NCBI GenBank assembly: GCA_030390025.1
Contig: CM059432.1
Coordinates: forward strand, 139,130,001-139,194,000
Length of the DNA stretch: 64,000 bases
Reading direction: 5' to 3'
From: Squalus acanthias
Lineage: Eukaryota
Shown: one piece after another, positions 26,082 to 39,200 of the stretch
Position numbering within the stretch: the stretch's first letter is position 1
Layout of the letters: every line of letters starts with the position of its first letter
The notes under the pieces: model-generated
Seen by the model: the letters and a program-made list of their open reading frames with translations, nothing else
The model's database searches: none
What the model was told of the DNA's origin: nothing
Made by a program: the position numbers and the translations under genes

Positions 26082-26449
26082 TTTGAAATGGCATGTTTTC
26101 TTCACGCTCGTATTTAAAAAATCAGGTAGGCAAGAGCTGAAACCATCTGCCTGCTCATTTATCTTTCTAGCACCATCCATTATGAAGCTATTCAAGTTTT
26201 TGCAGCCGCTTTTAATTTCAAGAACGTAGAGTTTGTGTCCGCACAATGTTTACCACAGTCACTTCCTTAGCGCTAACCTATGTGCTGCAGGAAAAAATAA
26301 ACTTGCAACATCGGTTGGCATTGCAGCTTGACGTATCAAATGCCAATTGTTTCAAATGTCTTCTAAATCTCTTATCTGCACAGTTCATAGTCATTCGATA
26401 AAATATTGTAATCATGTTAAACTCCAACAAGTCAAGTGTTCAGCGCCCT

Positions 26450-27310
26450 TCACAGCTCCTCAGATAATGAAGCAGTCCATGCCCGCATACAACAAGACCT
26501 GGACGACATTCAGGATTGGGCTGATAAGTGGCAGATAACATTCACGCCACAGAAGTGCCAGGCAATGACCATCTCCAACAAGCGAGAGTCGAACCACCTC
26601 TCCTTGACATTCAACGGCATTACCATCGCCTAATCCCCCACTATCAACATCCTGGGGGTCACCATTAACCAGAAACTTAACTGGACCAGCCACATAAATA
26701 CTGTGGCAACAAGAGCAGGTCAGAGGCTGGGTATTCTGTGGCGAGTGGCTCACCTCCTGACTCCCCAAAGCCTTTCCACCATCTCCAAGGCACAAGTAAG
26801 GAGTGTGATGGAATACTCTCCACTTGCCTGGATGAGTACAGCTCCAACAACACTCAAGCAGCTCAACACCATCCAGGTCAAAGCAGCCTGCTTGATCGGC
26901 ACCCCATCCACCACCTTAAACATTCACACCCTCTACCACTGGCGTACCGTGGCTGCAGTCTGTACCATCTACAAGATGCACTGCAGCAACTCGCCAAGGC
27001 TTCTTTGGCAGCACCTCCCAAACCCGTGACGTCTTCCACCTAGAAGGACAAGGGCAGCAGGCGCATGGGAACACCACCACCTCCAAGTCACACACCATCC
27101 TGACTTAGAAGTATATCGCCAATCCTTCATCGTTGCTGGGTCAAAATCCTGGAACTCCCTACCTAACAGCACTGTGGGAGAACCATCACCACACGGACTG
27201 CAGCGGTTCAAGAAGGCGGCTCACCACCACCTTCTCAAGGGCAACTAGGGATGGGCAATAAATGCTGGCTTTGCCAGCGACACCCAGATCCCATAAAAAC
27301 GAATTTTAAA
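26450..27310 (+). mobile_element. LINE 3' fragment of a third CR1/L2-superfamily clade
   Basis: QQDLDDIQDWADKWQITF..KC and QVRSVMEYSPLAW motifs; second copy at 53405-53905 (-). Confidence 0.75.
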
Positions 27311-28004
27311 AAATCCTGAAGCTTTTGCATTTGAGCAATAATATGCATCTTTGCTGACAAACACCTGCAGCACTTATCAAGGAAAGTGCTGCATACAAGT
27401 GACACCATTATTCCCGGCCAGAATGGAGATGATTGGGTAATTTCCCCGTCAGTCACGCCTGGAGACCGCGCTGCTGTAAGTGACTGGGATTGATTTTACG
27501 CACATCATTTGTATTATGTAACTATCCTCCACTGACTGCATTTTAGTAGAGAAATAATCCTGCTTATATCAGGAGACGTTGCTGTAGTTTCGGTCATGAG
27601 TTCTGTTTGCTGCAGTTCGTAGAGACTCTTTTAAACAGACTCTGTAAATAGACTTTGTTTGCTTCGCTGTTTGCTGAGTAAATGAACTCTGTCTGGTGTA
27701 AATTAGATTCTTTGCTGTGAGTCCTGCTGCAAGTCCCACCCGCCTCCAACTCATTGGCTGACACAGTGGCGTCAATTGACACGCCTCCCATTTTACATTT
27801 ATTGCGGGGTGACCAGAGTGTTTTCGATTACCTATGTGCCACAAGTTACATGTAGAAACAGGTGTGTGACGACACTAGGCTGTTTGCCTTCCTTTGGTTT
27901 AGCTAGCACAGGACCTCGACAAAGGTTCAACACTGCCACATGTCAGACACCTGGACATCAGTAATGAGAGAATTAACTTTCTGCTTAAATATGCGGTTCT
28001 TGGC

Positions 28005-28430
28005 AACCATAGTTCAGTGAGAGGCACTCTCGCATCTGAGTGAGAAAGGTTCAAATCCCACTCCAGAGACCTGAGCACAAAACCTAGGCCGACTCCCAAT
28101 GCAGTACTGAGGGAGTGCTGCACTGTCGGAGGTGCCGTCTGCTCTCTTGGGTGGACGTAAAAGATCCCCATGGCACTATTTGAAGAAGAGCAGGGGAGTT
28201 ATCCTCGGTGTCCTGGCCAATATTTATCTCTCAATCAACATCACTAAAACAGATTATTTGGTCATTATCACATTGCTGTTTGTGGGACCTTGCTGTGCAC
28301 AATTTGGCCGCTGTGTTTCCTACATTACAACAGTGACTGCACTTCAAAAAAATACTACATTGGCTGTGAAGCATTTTGGGGCGTCCTGAGGATGTGAAAG
28401 GCGTTAGAGAAATGCAAGTCTTTCTTTCTT
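28005..28430 (+). mobile_element. Deu-SINE
   Basis: tRNA head, Deu core with an internal deletion, and tail. Confidence 0.8.
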
Positions 28431-28981
28431 TAAACAGTTGTAAAATATATTGAATATTTTAGTTGCTACATGGGCGGGGGAAGGGGGGTGGAAATCACTT
28501 TATGCAATGCAACTGCTGGTCAAATAATACAGCTTGACTATGCTAACTAACTTGCACCTGTCATAAAGGAAAAATAAGTGAGAGAATTGAGAGCGAAAAG
28601 CAAATGTAAGACTTGAAATTCAATCTCGGGATTCTATGGGTCTTCCTAAACAGATTAAATTACAGCTTTATACCTTGTTCCAAACACCCTTTATAACGTG
28701 TTCACCGTCATGCATCTTAAAAAAATGGCTTCGTGGGGAGAAACTGACTTTAAAGAAAAAACACTCAGGAGGATGCTGCACAGTCCACATCACAGTGTTC
28801 ATGCAGTCATTTAAGGGGCATGCACCTTGTGAACTAGACTATACAGCACATCTTGGTCAAATAAAAAGGTGTTCTAACAACAGATAAATAAGACACAAAT
28901 GAGGAAAGCCATTTACTCCATCGTAACTCATCCATCCAGGAAGAACCGACAATCCTTCATATCATCCAAAGGATTCCAGGG

Positions 28982-31840
28982 TTACATAGGATTACATATA
29001 TAGGATATACGGCACAGAAACAGGCCATTCGGCCCAACCAGTCCATGCCGGCGTTTATGCTCCACTCGCGCCTCCTCCCGTCTTTCCGCATCTAAATCTA
29101 TCAGCATAACCCTCTATTCCCTTCTCCCTCATATGCTTGTCTAGCCTCCCCTTAAATGCATCTATACTATTCACTTCAACCACTCCCTGTGGTAGCGAGT
29201 TCCACATTCTCACCACTCTCTGGGTAAAGAAGTTTCTTCTGAATTTCCTATTGGATTTCTTGCTGACTATCTTATATTGATGGCCTTTAGTTATGCTCTT
29301 CCCCACAAGTGGAAACATTCTCTCTGTATCCACTCTATCAAAACCTTTCATAATTTTAAAGACCTCTATTAGGTCACCCCTCAGCCTTCTTTTTTCAAGA
29401 GAAAAGAGACCCAGTTTGTTCATCCTTTCCTGATATGTATACCCTCGCATTTCTGGTATCATTCTTGTAAAGCTTCTCTGCACCCTCTCCAGTGCCTCTA
29501 TATCCTTTTTATAATATGGCGACCAGAACTGTACACAGTACTCTAAGTGTGGTCGAACCAAGGTTCGATACAGGTTTAGCATAACTTCCCTACTTTTCAA
29601 TTCTATACCTCTAGAAATAAACCCTAGCGCTTGGTTTGCTTTTTTATGGCCTTGCTAACCTGTGTTGCAACTTTTAGTGATTTGTGTATTTGTACTCAGA
29701 TCCCTTGGTTCCTCTACCCCACCTGGACTCGCACCCTCCAAGTAATAAGTGACCTCCCTATTCTTCCTACCAAAGTGTAATACCTCACATTTATCTGTGT
29801 TGAACTTCATTTGCCAATTATATGCCCATTCTGCAAGTTTATTAATGTCCTCTTGTAATTTCTTGCAGTCTTCCTCAGTATTGCCTATCCCCCCCAATTT
29901 GGTGTCACCCACAAATTTAGAAATTGTGTTTTTGATTCCAAAGTCTAAATCGTTGATGTAAATTGTGAACAGCAGTGGTCCCAGCACTGAACCTTGTGGA
30001 ACACCACTACCCACTTTCTGCCACTGTGAATAGCTACCCTTTACCCCTACTCTCTGCTTTCTGTCCTGAAGCCAGCGAGCAATCCATTCTGCTACTTGTC
30101 CGCTGACTCCACATTCTCTGACCTTGTTCATCAGTCTATTATGGAGTACCTTATCGAAGGCCTTTTGAAAATTCAGATAAATTACATCTACTGCATTACC
30201 ATTGTCTACTCTCTTTGTTACCTCTTCAAAAAATTCAATGAGGTTGGTCAAGCAAGACTTTCCCTTTTGAAATCCATACTGACTATTCATTATTATATTT
30301 TTGGTTTCTAGATGTTCTCTTTTAGTAGGGATTCCATTATTTTTCCTGCCACTGATGTTAAGCTGACTGGTCTATAATTCCCTGGACATGTTCTATCCCC
30401 CTTCTTAAATATCGGTATTACATTAGCCATCAGCCAGTCCTCTAGCACTATACCTTTTTCTAATGAATTATTAAATATGCGTAGTAATGCCTCTGCTATC
30501 TCTTCCCTAGATTCTTTTAAAATGTTTGGATGCAATCCATTTGACCAGGGGTTTTAATCCTCTGAGTTTGATTAGTTTATTTAATATAGCCCCTTTTTTA
30601 TTTTAAATGCACTTATCTCATTACTAATCTCATCATCCAATGTCATGTCCACCTGTTCTATCTCCTGGTAAATACTGAAGCAAAATAATTATTTAATATT
30701 TCTGCCATCTCTCTATCGTTACCTGTGGTATTATCCTGTCTATCCCTTAATGGCCCTATTCCCATCCCAACCTTCCTTTTTTTATTGATGTGCCCAAAAA
30801 ATATTTTACCAGTTTGTTTTATGTTCCTTGATAATTTAATTTCATAGTTCCTCTTTGCCTCCCTAATTGTTTTTTTGACTTCTCTCCGAATCCTTTCGTA
30901 TTCTCTCTTATCATGCACTCCTCTGCTGTCTATGTACTTAATGTATGCCTCTTTCCTTACCTTCAATTGTTCTCTTATGGCTTTATTCATCATTGTTTAG
31001 TTTGTTCTTTCCTTTTAGCGGAATATATTTTTCCTGCACTCTGTTGAACACTGTTTTAAATGTTTCCCATTGCTGTTCTACATTGTTGTTTGCCAATATT
31101 GTTGCCCATTTTTTCCCCACCAAGTTCTATTCTCAGCCCCTCAAAATCAGCTTTTCTCCAATATACTGTATTAACCTGGTTTTCGTCATATTTATGTCCT
31201 TCTCAATTATCATCTTAAAGCGTATTATATTATGGTTACTATTGCCTATATGTTCCCCTACTTTTACTTTTCTTATCTGCTCTGGTTCATTCCTCATTAC
31301 TAGACCCAATAGCGAATCCTCCCTTGTTGGGCTTTTTACATATTGGGTTGGAAAGGAGTCCTGTACACATTATAGGAACTGCATTCCCTTATCCCCTTTA
31401 CCTACCTCTTCTGTCCAATTAATATCGGGGTAGTTGAAATCCCCCACGATTATTATTCTATGTTTTTTTACTCATTTCCCCAATTTGTCTGCATATTTCT
31501 TCCTCCACCTCCCCTTCACTATTAGGTGGTCTGTAGACTACGCCTGTTAGTGTGATTGATCCTTTATTATCTTTTATCTCTATCCATATGGATTCTATTT
31601 TTGTCTTGCTGATATCTGCGTCACTTTTTTCTACTGTTATCCCGAATAAGTACAGCTACTCCACCTCCCCTTTTTCCCTATCTTTTCTAAATATGTTATA
31701 CCCTGCAATGTTTAATTCCCAGTTCTGATTTTACTGTAGCCATGTCTCAGTAATCCCTGCCATGTCTGGTTCCTCGCAACGCATGATTGCCTCCAGCTCC
31801 CCTGTTTTATTACGGACACTGTGTGCATTGCTGTACAGAC
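28982..31840 (-). mobile_element. CR1 LINE (second subfamily), degenerate ORF2 from endonuclease start to 3' tail
   Basis: Frameshifted pieces: [49 protein letters not shown]. Confidence 0.9.
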
Positions 31841-32796
31841 AGGGTGCTTGCCTCCACTGCCCTGCCCACATATCTTGATCATTGAGAACTTCCCGATATC
31901 ACTCCTAAATTTGCTTTTCACTAGTATGAACCTGTGCTCTGTTCTCGTAAATCTGGAACATTAGTGACCACACTTTTTTTAATGTCAGTCACTATCTTTA
32001 TAAAAATCACTTCGGTCATCTTTCAAGGTCGAAAAGCTTTCTCCAGACTTTCCTCATAATTTGCTCTTTTGACACTGGGGATCGACCTTGCGATTCTTCG
32101 CCGCACTGTATCCAGGGTCTGAATACCTTCCTTGGGTTTCAGGTGTGGTCTGACCAAAGTACTGTACGGTTTTAACGGGACTTCCTCCAATTTGTACTCC
32201 ATGGTGTTGGCTACATACAGTAGTTCAGCATTCTATCTGCTTTGTTGATTGTTGCTCCACAGTGGGCAGATATGTTGAGTCTACTCTTTCAACCTCACCC
32301 TTTGCTATTTTGACACCAATCATGAGGGACCTACGCTGCTCCTTATTTTATCCCTGCTGTTGTTAGATTAATGAGTCACATTGTGCAGCTTTTACAGTCA
32401 GGAGTGATCGACATAATTTTAAAGTGTGAAACAGTACACCAACTATTTGTATTTTATGTGGAAAACGCGAACGGATAAATATATCAGGAGTGAATACATT
32501 ACTAGCTTCCAAATCACAAGCCTTGAGCACTTGCGGAGTAAATCTTACATTTACAGCTCCACCTCGTGCGCACAAATTTCAAACTGCTCGATACAGGCAA
32601 TCCTTTAAATGGGATTCAAAATTCATAATGAAAGAAGATTGTTTTGGCCTACCCCAAGTATTCACTACAGACATAGGTTTCATTTGAATCACCTGCAAAG
32701 CATATAATCCGCTGCCCAAAAAATGTCAGTTCCAAATCATTTTTTCCTTCAAAATATAAATACATATATACAAACATTTTATATATATGTGTACAT

Positions 32797-33045
32797 CTAG
32801 CAAAATACTGCGGATGCTGGAAATCTGAAATAACAAAACGTTTCAGGTCGATGACCCTTCATCAGAACTGGAAAAAGTTGGAGAAGTAACAGATTTTTAA
32901 GCAGGTGTAGGGGCGGGGGGAGGGGAGGAAAGAACAAAGGGAAGGTCTGTGATAGGATGGAAGGCAGGAGAGACTAAAAGACAAAAGAGATGATGGTGCA
33001 AGGCAAAAGGAGATGGTAATGGGACAAGTTAAGAAACAAAAGATG
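32797..33045 (-). mobile_element. Penelope-like element 3' terminal region (pLTR) with hammerhead core
   Basis: Minus strand CTGATGA-A-GGGTC-atc-GACCT-GAAA-CGTT at about 32865-32837; continuous with 37254-38600 once the CR1 is removed. Confidence 0.75.
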
Positions 33046-36000
33046 ATAAAGTAATCGAAGTGTGACGTCACCAAAAAGCAGGTAAGTGATTGGTTGGTGA
33101 GTATTTCTTTCTCAATTTTTCTAAACGTAAATTTTGTGGTTTCTAAGGTCTCTGTTGTGTAGCGGGGATTACTGTTAAGCAAGGGCCCTTGAGTATATCA
33201 TTTAATCGCAGTGTAATTGGTGGGATTCCTTTAATTTAATTTGAATTAATTAATTAAAGGGTAAGTCATGGCAGGACAGCCCGGCCCCGTGGTATGCTCC
33301 TCCTGCACTATGTGGGAAATCAGGGACACTTCCTGCGTCCCTGTTGACCATGTGTGCGGGAAGTGTATCCAGTTGCAGCTACTGACAGACCGCATTGCCG
33401 CACTGGAGCTGCGGATGGATGCATACTGGAGCATTCGCGATGCTGAGGACATCGTGGATAGCACGTTTAGGGAGTTGGTCACACCGCAGGTAAAAGCTGT
33501 ACAGGCAGGAAGGGAATGGGTGACCACCAGGCAGAGTAGGAGGTGCAGGCAGGTAGTACAGGGGTCCCCTGTGGCCATCCCCCTCTCAAACAGATATACT
33601 GCTTTGGATGTTGTTGAGGGAGATGGCTTATCAGGGGAAGACAGCAGCAGCCAACTTCCTAGCACCATGGGTGGTTCTGCTGCACAGGATGGGAGGAAAA
33701 AGAGCAGGAGAGCTATAGTGATAGGGGATTCTATTGTAAGGGGAATAGATAGGCGTTTCTGCGGCCGCAAACGAGACTCCAGCATGGTATGTTGCCTCCC
33801 TGGTGCAAGGGTCAAGGATGTCTCGGAGCGGCTACAGAGCATTTTGGAGGGGGAGGGTGAACAGCCAGTTGTCATGGTGCATATAGGTAGCAACGATATA
33901 GGTAAAAAACGGATGAGGTCCTAAAAGCAGAATATAGGGAGTTAGGAGGTAAATTAAAAAAGAGGACCTCAAAGGTAGTAATCTCAGGATTGCTACCAGT
34001 GCCACGTGCTAGTCAGAGTAGAAATAGAAGGATATTTCAAATGAATACGTGGCTAGAGGAATGGTGCAAGGGGGAGGGATTCAAATTCCTGGGACATTGG
34101 AACCGGTTCTGGGGGAGGTGGGACCAGTACAAACTGGACGGTTTGCACCTGGGCAGGGCCGGGACCGATGTCCTAGGGGGAGTGTTTGCTAGTGCTCTGG
34201 GGGAGGGTTTAAACTAAAATGGCAGGGGGTTGGGAACCTGAGCAGGGAGACAGAGGAAAGGGAAACAAGGATAGAAGCAAAAGACAGGAAGGAGAAAAGC
34301 AAAGGTGACAGTCAGAGAAATCAAGGGTTTAAATCAAACATGGCCACAGTAAATAATAATTCTAAAAGGTCTGAGAGTGTTAAAAAAACAAGCCTGAAGG
34401 CTTTATGTCTTAATGCGAGGAGCATTCGTAGTAAGGTGGATGAATTAGCTGCGCTAATAGAGGTAAACGGATATGATATGATTGGGATTACGGAGACATG
34501 GCTCCAGGGTGACCAAGGCTGGGAATTCAACATCCAGGGGTATTCGATATTCAGGAAAGACAGGCAAAAAGGAAAAGGAGGTGGGGTAGCATTGCTGGTT
34601 AAAGAGGGGATTAACACAATTGTAAGGAAGGATATTAGCTCTGATGATGTGGAATCCGTATGGGTAAAACTGAGAAATACCAAGGGGCAGAAAACAGTAG
34701 TGGGAGTGGTATACAGACCCCCAAACAGTAATGCTGAGGTTGGGGATGGCATTAAACAGGAAATTAGAGATGCGTGCAATAAGGGCACAGCAGTTATCAT
34801 GGGTGACTTTAATCTACATATAGATTGGGCTAACCAAATTAGTAACAATACTGTGGAGGAGGAATTCCTGGAGTGTATACGGGATGGTTTCCTGGACCAA
34901 TATGTCGAGGAACCAACCAGAGACCAGGCCATCTTAGACTGGGTATTATGTAACGAGAAAGGATTAATTAGCAACCTTGTTGTGCGGGGCCCCTTGGGGC
35001 GGAGCGATCATAATATGATCGAATTCTTCATTAAGATGGAGAATGAAATAATTGACTCAGAGACTAGAGTCCTGAATTTAAATAAAGGAAACTACGATGG
35101 TATGAGGCGCGAGTTGGCTAGGATTGATTGGGGAATGTTACCCAAAGGGTTTACGGTGGATAGGCAATGGCAAACATTCAAAGATCGCATGGATGAACTA
35201 CAGAATTTGTTCATCCCTGTCTGGCATAAAAATAAAACAAAAAAGGTGACTCAACCATGGCTGACAAGGGAAATCAGGGATAGCATAAGATCCAAGGAGA
35301 GGACATATAAATTGGCCAGAAAAAGCAGTAAACCTGAGGATTGGGAGTTTAGGATTCAGCAAAGGAGGACAAAGGGATTAATTAAGAGGGGGAAAATAGA
35401 GTACCAGCGTAAGCTTGCAGGGAACATAAAAACTGACTGTAAAAGCTTTTATAAATATGTGAAAAGAAAAAGATTGGTTAAGTCAAACATAGGTCCCTTG
35501 CAGTCAGAATCAGGGGAATTTATAATGGGGAACAAAGAAATGGCACACCAATTAAATACATACTTTGGCTCTGTCTTCACAAAGGAGAACACAAATAACC
35601 TCCCAGAGATGTTGGAGAACATAGGGTCTAATGAGAGGGAGGAACTGAATGAAATCAGTATTTGGAGGGAAATGGTGTTAGGGAAATTGACGGCATTAAA
35701 GGCCGATAAATCCCCAGGGCCTGATAATCTACATCCTAGGGTACTTAAGGAAGTGGCCCTAGAAATAGTAGATGCATTGCTGGTCATCTTCCAAAATTCT
35801 ATAGACTCTGGAACAGTTCCCATGGATTGGAGGGTAGCTAATGTTACCCCACTGTTCAAAAAAGGTGGTAAAGAAAAAACGGGGAATTATAGACCGGTAC
35901 GCCTGACATCGGTTGTGGGGAAAATGCTAGAGTCCATTATAAAAGATGTAATAGCAGAGCACTTGGAAAACAGTCAACATGGATTTACAAAAGGTAAATC

Positions 36001-37253
36001 GTGCTTGACTAATCTACTGGAATTTTTTGAGGATGTAACTGATAGAATAGATAAGGGAGAACCAGTGGATGTGGTGTATTTGGACTTTCAGAAGGCTTTC
36101 GATAAGGTCCCGCATAAGAGAGTAACGTGTAAAGTTAAGGCACATGGGATTGGGGGCAAGGTACTGACTTGGATAGAGAACTGGTTGGCAGACAGGAAGC
36201 AAAGAGTTGGAATAAACGGGTCTTTTTCCGAGTGGCAGGCAGTGACTAGTGGGGTTCCGCAGGGATCGGTCCTAGGACCCCAGCTATTCTCTATATATAT
36301 TAATGATCTAGACGAGGGAACGATATGTAATATCTCCAAGTTTGCAGATGACACAAAGCTGGCTGGGCGTGTGTGCTGCGAGGAGGATGCCGAGAAACTC
36401 CAGTATGATTTGGACAGGTTGGGTGATTGGGCAGAAGCATGGCAGATGCAGTTAATGTGGATAAATGCAAGGTTATCCACTTTGGTGGCAAAAACAGAAA
36501 GGCAGATTATTATCTGAACGGCAATAGATTGGGAGACGGGGAAGTGCAACGAGACCTGGGTGTCCTTGTGCACCAGTCGCCGAAGGTAAGCATGCAGGTG
36601 CAGCAGGCGGTTCAGAAGGCAAATGGTATGTTGGCCTTCGTAGCGAGAGGATTCGAGTACAGGAGCAAGGATGTCTTGCTGCAGTTGTACAGGGCCTTGG
36701 TGAGACCACACCTTGAGTATTGTGTGCAGTTTTGGTCGCCTTATCTGAGGAAGGATGTTCTTGCCATGGAGGGTGTGCAGCGAAGATTCACCAGACTGAT
36801 ACCTGGGATGGCAGGAATGACGTATGAGGAGAGATTGGGTCGATTGGGCTTATACTCGCTGGAGTTTAGAAGAATGAGAGGAGATCTCATTGAAACTTAT
36901 AAAATTCTAACAGGGCTAGACAGACTGGATGCAGGAAGGATGTTCCCGATGGCGGGGGAGTCCAGAACAAGAGGTCACAGTCTAAAGATAAGGGGTACGC
37001 CATTTAGGACAGAGATGAGGAGGAATTTCTTCACCCAGAGAGTGGTGAACTTGTGGAATTCTCTACCACAGAAGGCAGTTGAGGCCAAGTCAATAAATAT
37101 ATTCAAGAAGGAGTTAGATATATTTCTTTAGGCTAAAGGTATCACGGGATATGGGGAGAAGGCAGGGACAGGGTACTGAATTTGGATGATCAGCCATGAT
37201 CTCATCGAGGGGCCGAATGGCCTACTCCTGCTCCTATCTTCTATGTTTCTATG
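33046..37253 (+). mobile_element. Near-full-length CR1 LINE (5' UTR, ORF1 zinc finger/leucine zipper plus SGNH esterase, ORF2 APE endonuclease plus RT, 3' tail)
   Basis: ORF1 33268-34217 (CxxC..CxxC, IGDSIVRG, HIGSND, DGLHL; frameshift near 33910). ORF2 34340-37131 ([35 protein letters not shown]; frameshift near 36450). Tail TTCTATGTTTCTATG; TGACGTCA at 33063-33070 in the 5' UTR. Confidence 0.95.
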
Positions 37254-38600
37254 ACTCAAGATGAGGCGTAAATGGCAATGGCAGAATGATCGACAGCTGC
37301 CATGTGAGAGGGAAAAGTAAACATAGGGGCCGAGGTTATGGTCTGAAATTGTTGAACTCGATGTTGAGTCCAGAAGGCTGTAAAGTGCCTAATAGAAAGA
37401 TGAGGTGCTGTTCCTCGAGCTTACGTTGAGCTTCGTTGGAACAGTGTAAGAGGCCGAGGACCGAGAGGTGAGAGTGGAGCGAAGCGAAGTGAAGTAAAGT
37501 GACAGGCGACCGGAAGCTCGGGGTCACCTTTACGGACTGAATGGAGGTGTTCCGCAAAGTGGTCACCCAATCTGCGCTTGGTTTACCCAATGTAGAGGAG
37601 ACCACATCGTGAGCAGCGAATACAGTATACTAAATTGCAAGAAGTACAAGCAAATCGCTGTTTCACCTGGAAGGAGTGTTTGGGGCCCTGGACAGTGGGA
37701 AGGGGGGATGTATAAGGGCAGGTGTTGCATCTCCTGCGCTTGCACAGGAAGGTGCCGTGGGAAGGGGAAGGGGTGTTGAGGGTGATAGAGGAGTGGACCA
37801 GGGTGTCGCGGGGGAGCGGTCCCTTCGGAATGCTGAAAGGGGGGGGGGGGGGGGGGGAGATGTGTTTGGTGGTGGGATCACGCTGGAGGTGGCAGAAGAT
37901 GATCCGTTGAATGTGGAGGCTGGTGGGGTGAAAGGTGAGGACAAGGGGAACCCTATCGTGGTTCTGCGAGGGAGGGGAAGGGGTGAGAGCAGAAGTGCGG
38001 GAAATGGAACGGACACGGTCGAGGGCCACGTCAACCACGGTAGAGGGGAATCCTCGGTTGAGGAAAAAGGAAGACATATCGGAAGCACTAATATGGAAGG
38101 TGGCATCGTCAGAACAGATGCGGCGGAGATGGAGAAACTGTGAGAATGGAATAGGAAGCAGGGTGGGAGGAAGTGTAGTCCAGGTAGCTGTGGGAGTCAG
38201 TGAGCTTATAGTGGATGTTTGTTGATAGCCTATCACCAGAAATGGAGACAGAGAAGTCGAGGAACGGAAGGGAAGAGTCGGCGATGGACCATGTGAAGGT
38301 GAGGGAAGGGTAGAAAATGGAAGCAAAGTGAATGAAATTTTCTAGTTCAGGGCGAGAGCAGGAAACGGCACCAATACAGTCATCAATGTACCGGAAAAAG
38401 AGGTGAGGGAGGGGACCCGAGTATGACTGGAACAAAGAATGTTCCACATATCCCACGAAAAGGCAGGCATAGCTAGGACCCATGCGGGTTCCTATAATTT
38501 GGAGGAAGTGAGTGGAGTCAAAGGAGAAGTTGTTCAATGTGAGAACAAGTTCAGCCAGGCGGAGGAGGGTGGTGGTGGATGGGGACTGGTTGGGCCTCTG
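37254..38600 (-). mobile_element. Penelope-like element body (RT plus GIY-YIG endonuclease), degenerate
   Basis: GTRMGPSYACLF, FRYIDDCIG, LPFLD, NLVYCIRCSRCGLLYIG, RKLEEQHLIF.LGTLQPSGLN. Confidence 0.9.
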
Positions 38601-38629
38601 TTCATATACACACATATATATACACATAC

Positions 38630-39200
38630 ATAAGAACATAAGAATTAGGAGCAGGAGTAGGCCATACGGCCCCTCGAGCTTGCTCCGCCATTCAATAAGA
38701 TCATGGCTGATCTTCGACCTCAACTCCACTTTCCCGCCCCATCCTCATATCCCTTGATTCCCCTAGAGTCCAAAAATCTATCTATCTCAGCTGTGAATAT
38801 ACTCAAAGACTCAGCATCCACAGCCCTCTGGGGCATAGAATTCCAAAGATTTATAACCCTTTGAGTGATGAAATCTCTCCTCATCTCAGTCCTAAATGGC
38901 CGACCCCTTATCCTGAGACTATGCCCCCTAGTTCTGGACTCTCCAGCCAGGGGAAACAACCTCACAATATCTACCCTGTCAATCACCCTCAGAATCTTAT
39001 ATGTTTCAATGAGATCACCTCTCATTCCTCTAAACTCCAGAGAGTATAGGCCCAATCTACTCAACCTCTGTTCATAGGACAACCCTCTCATCCCAGGAAT
39101 TAATCTAGTGAACCTTTGATGCACCGCTTCCAAGGCAAGTATATCCTTCCTCAGATGAGATCCATCAAAAAACTGTGCACAGTACACCAGTCTCACCAAA
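38630..39200 (-). mobile_element. CR1 LINE 3' fragment
   Basis: ORF 38720-39241 with RFTRLIPGMRGLSY and WNSMPQRAV. Confidence 0.85.

Noticed and set aside
27569..27844. Minus-strand ORFs in unique ZNF407 intron sequence
   Set aside because: No homology recognisable to me and no convincing pair of splice sites.
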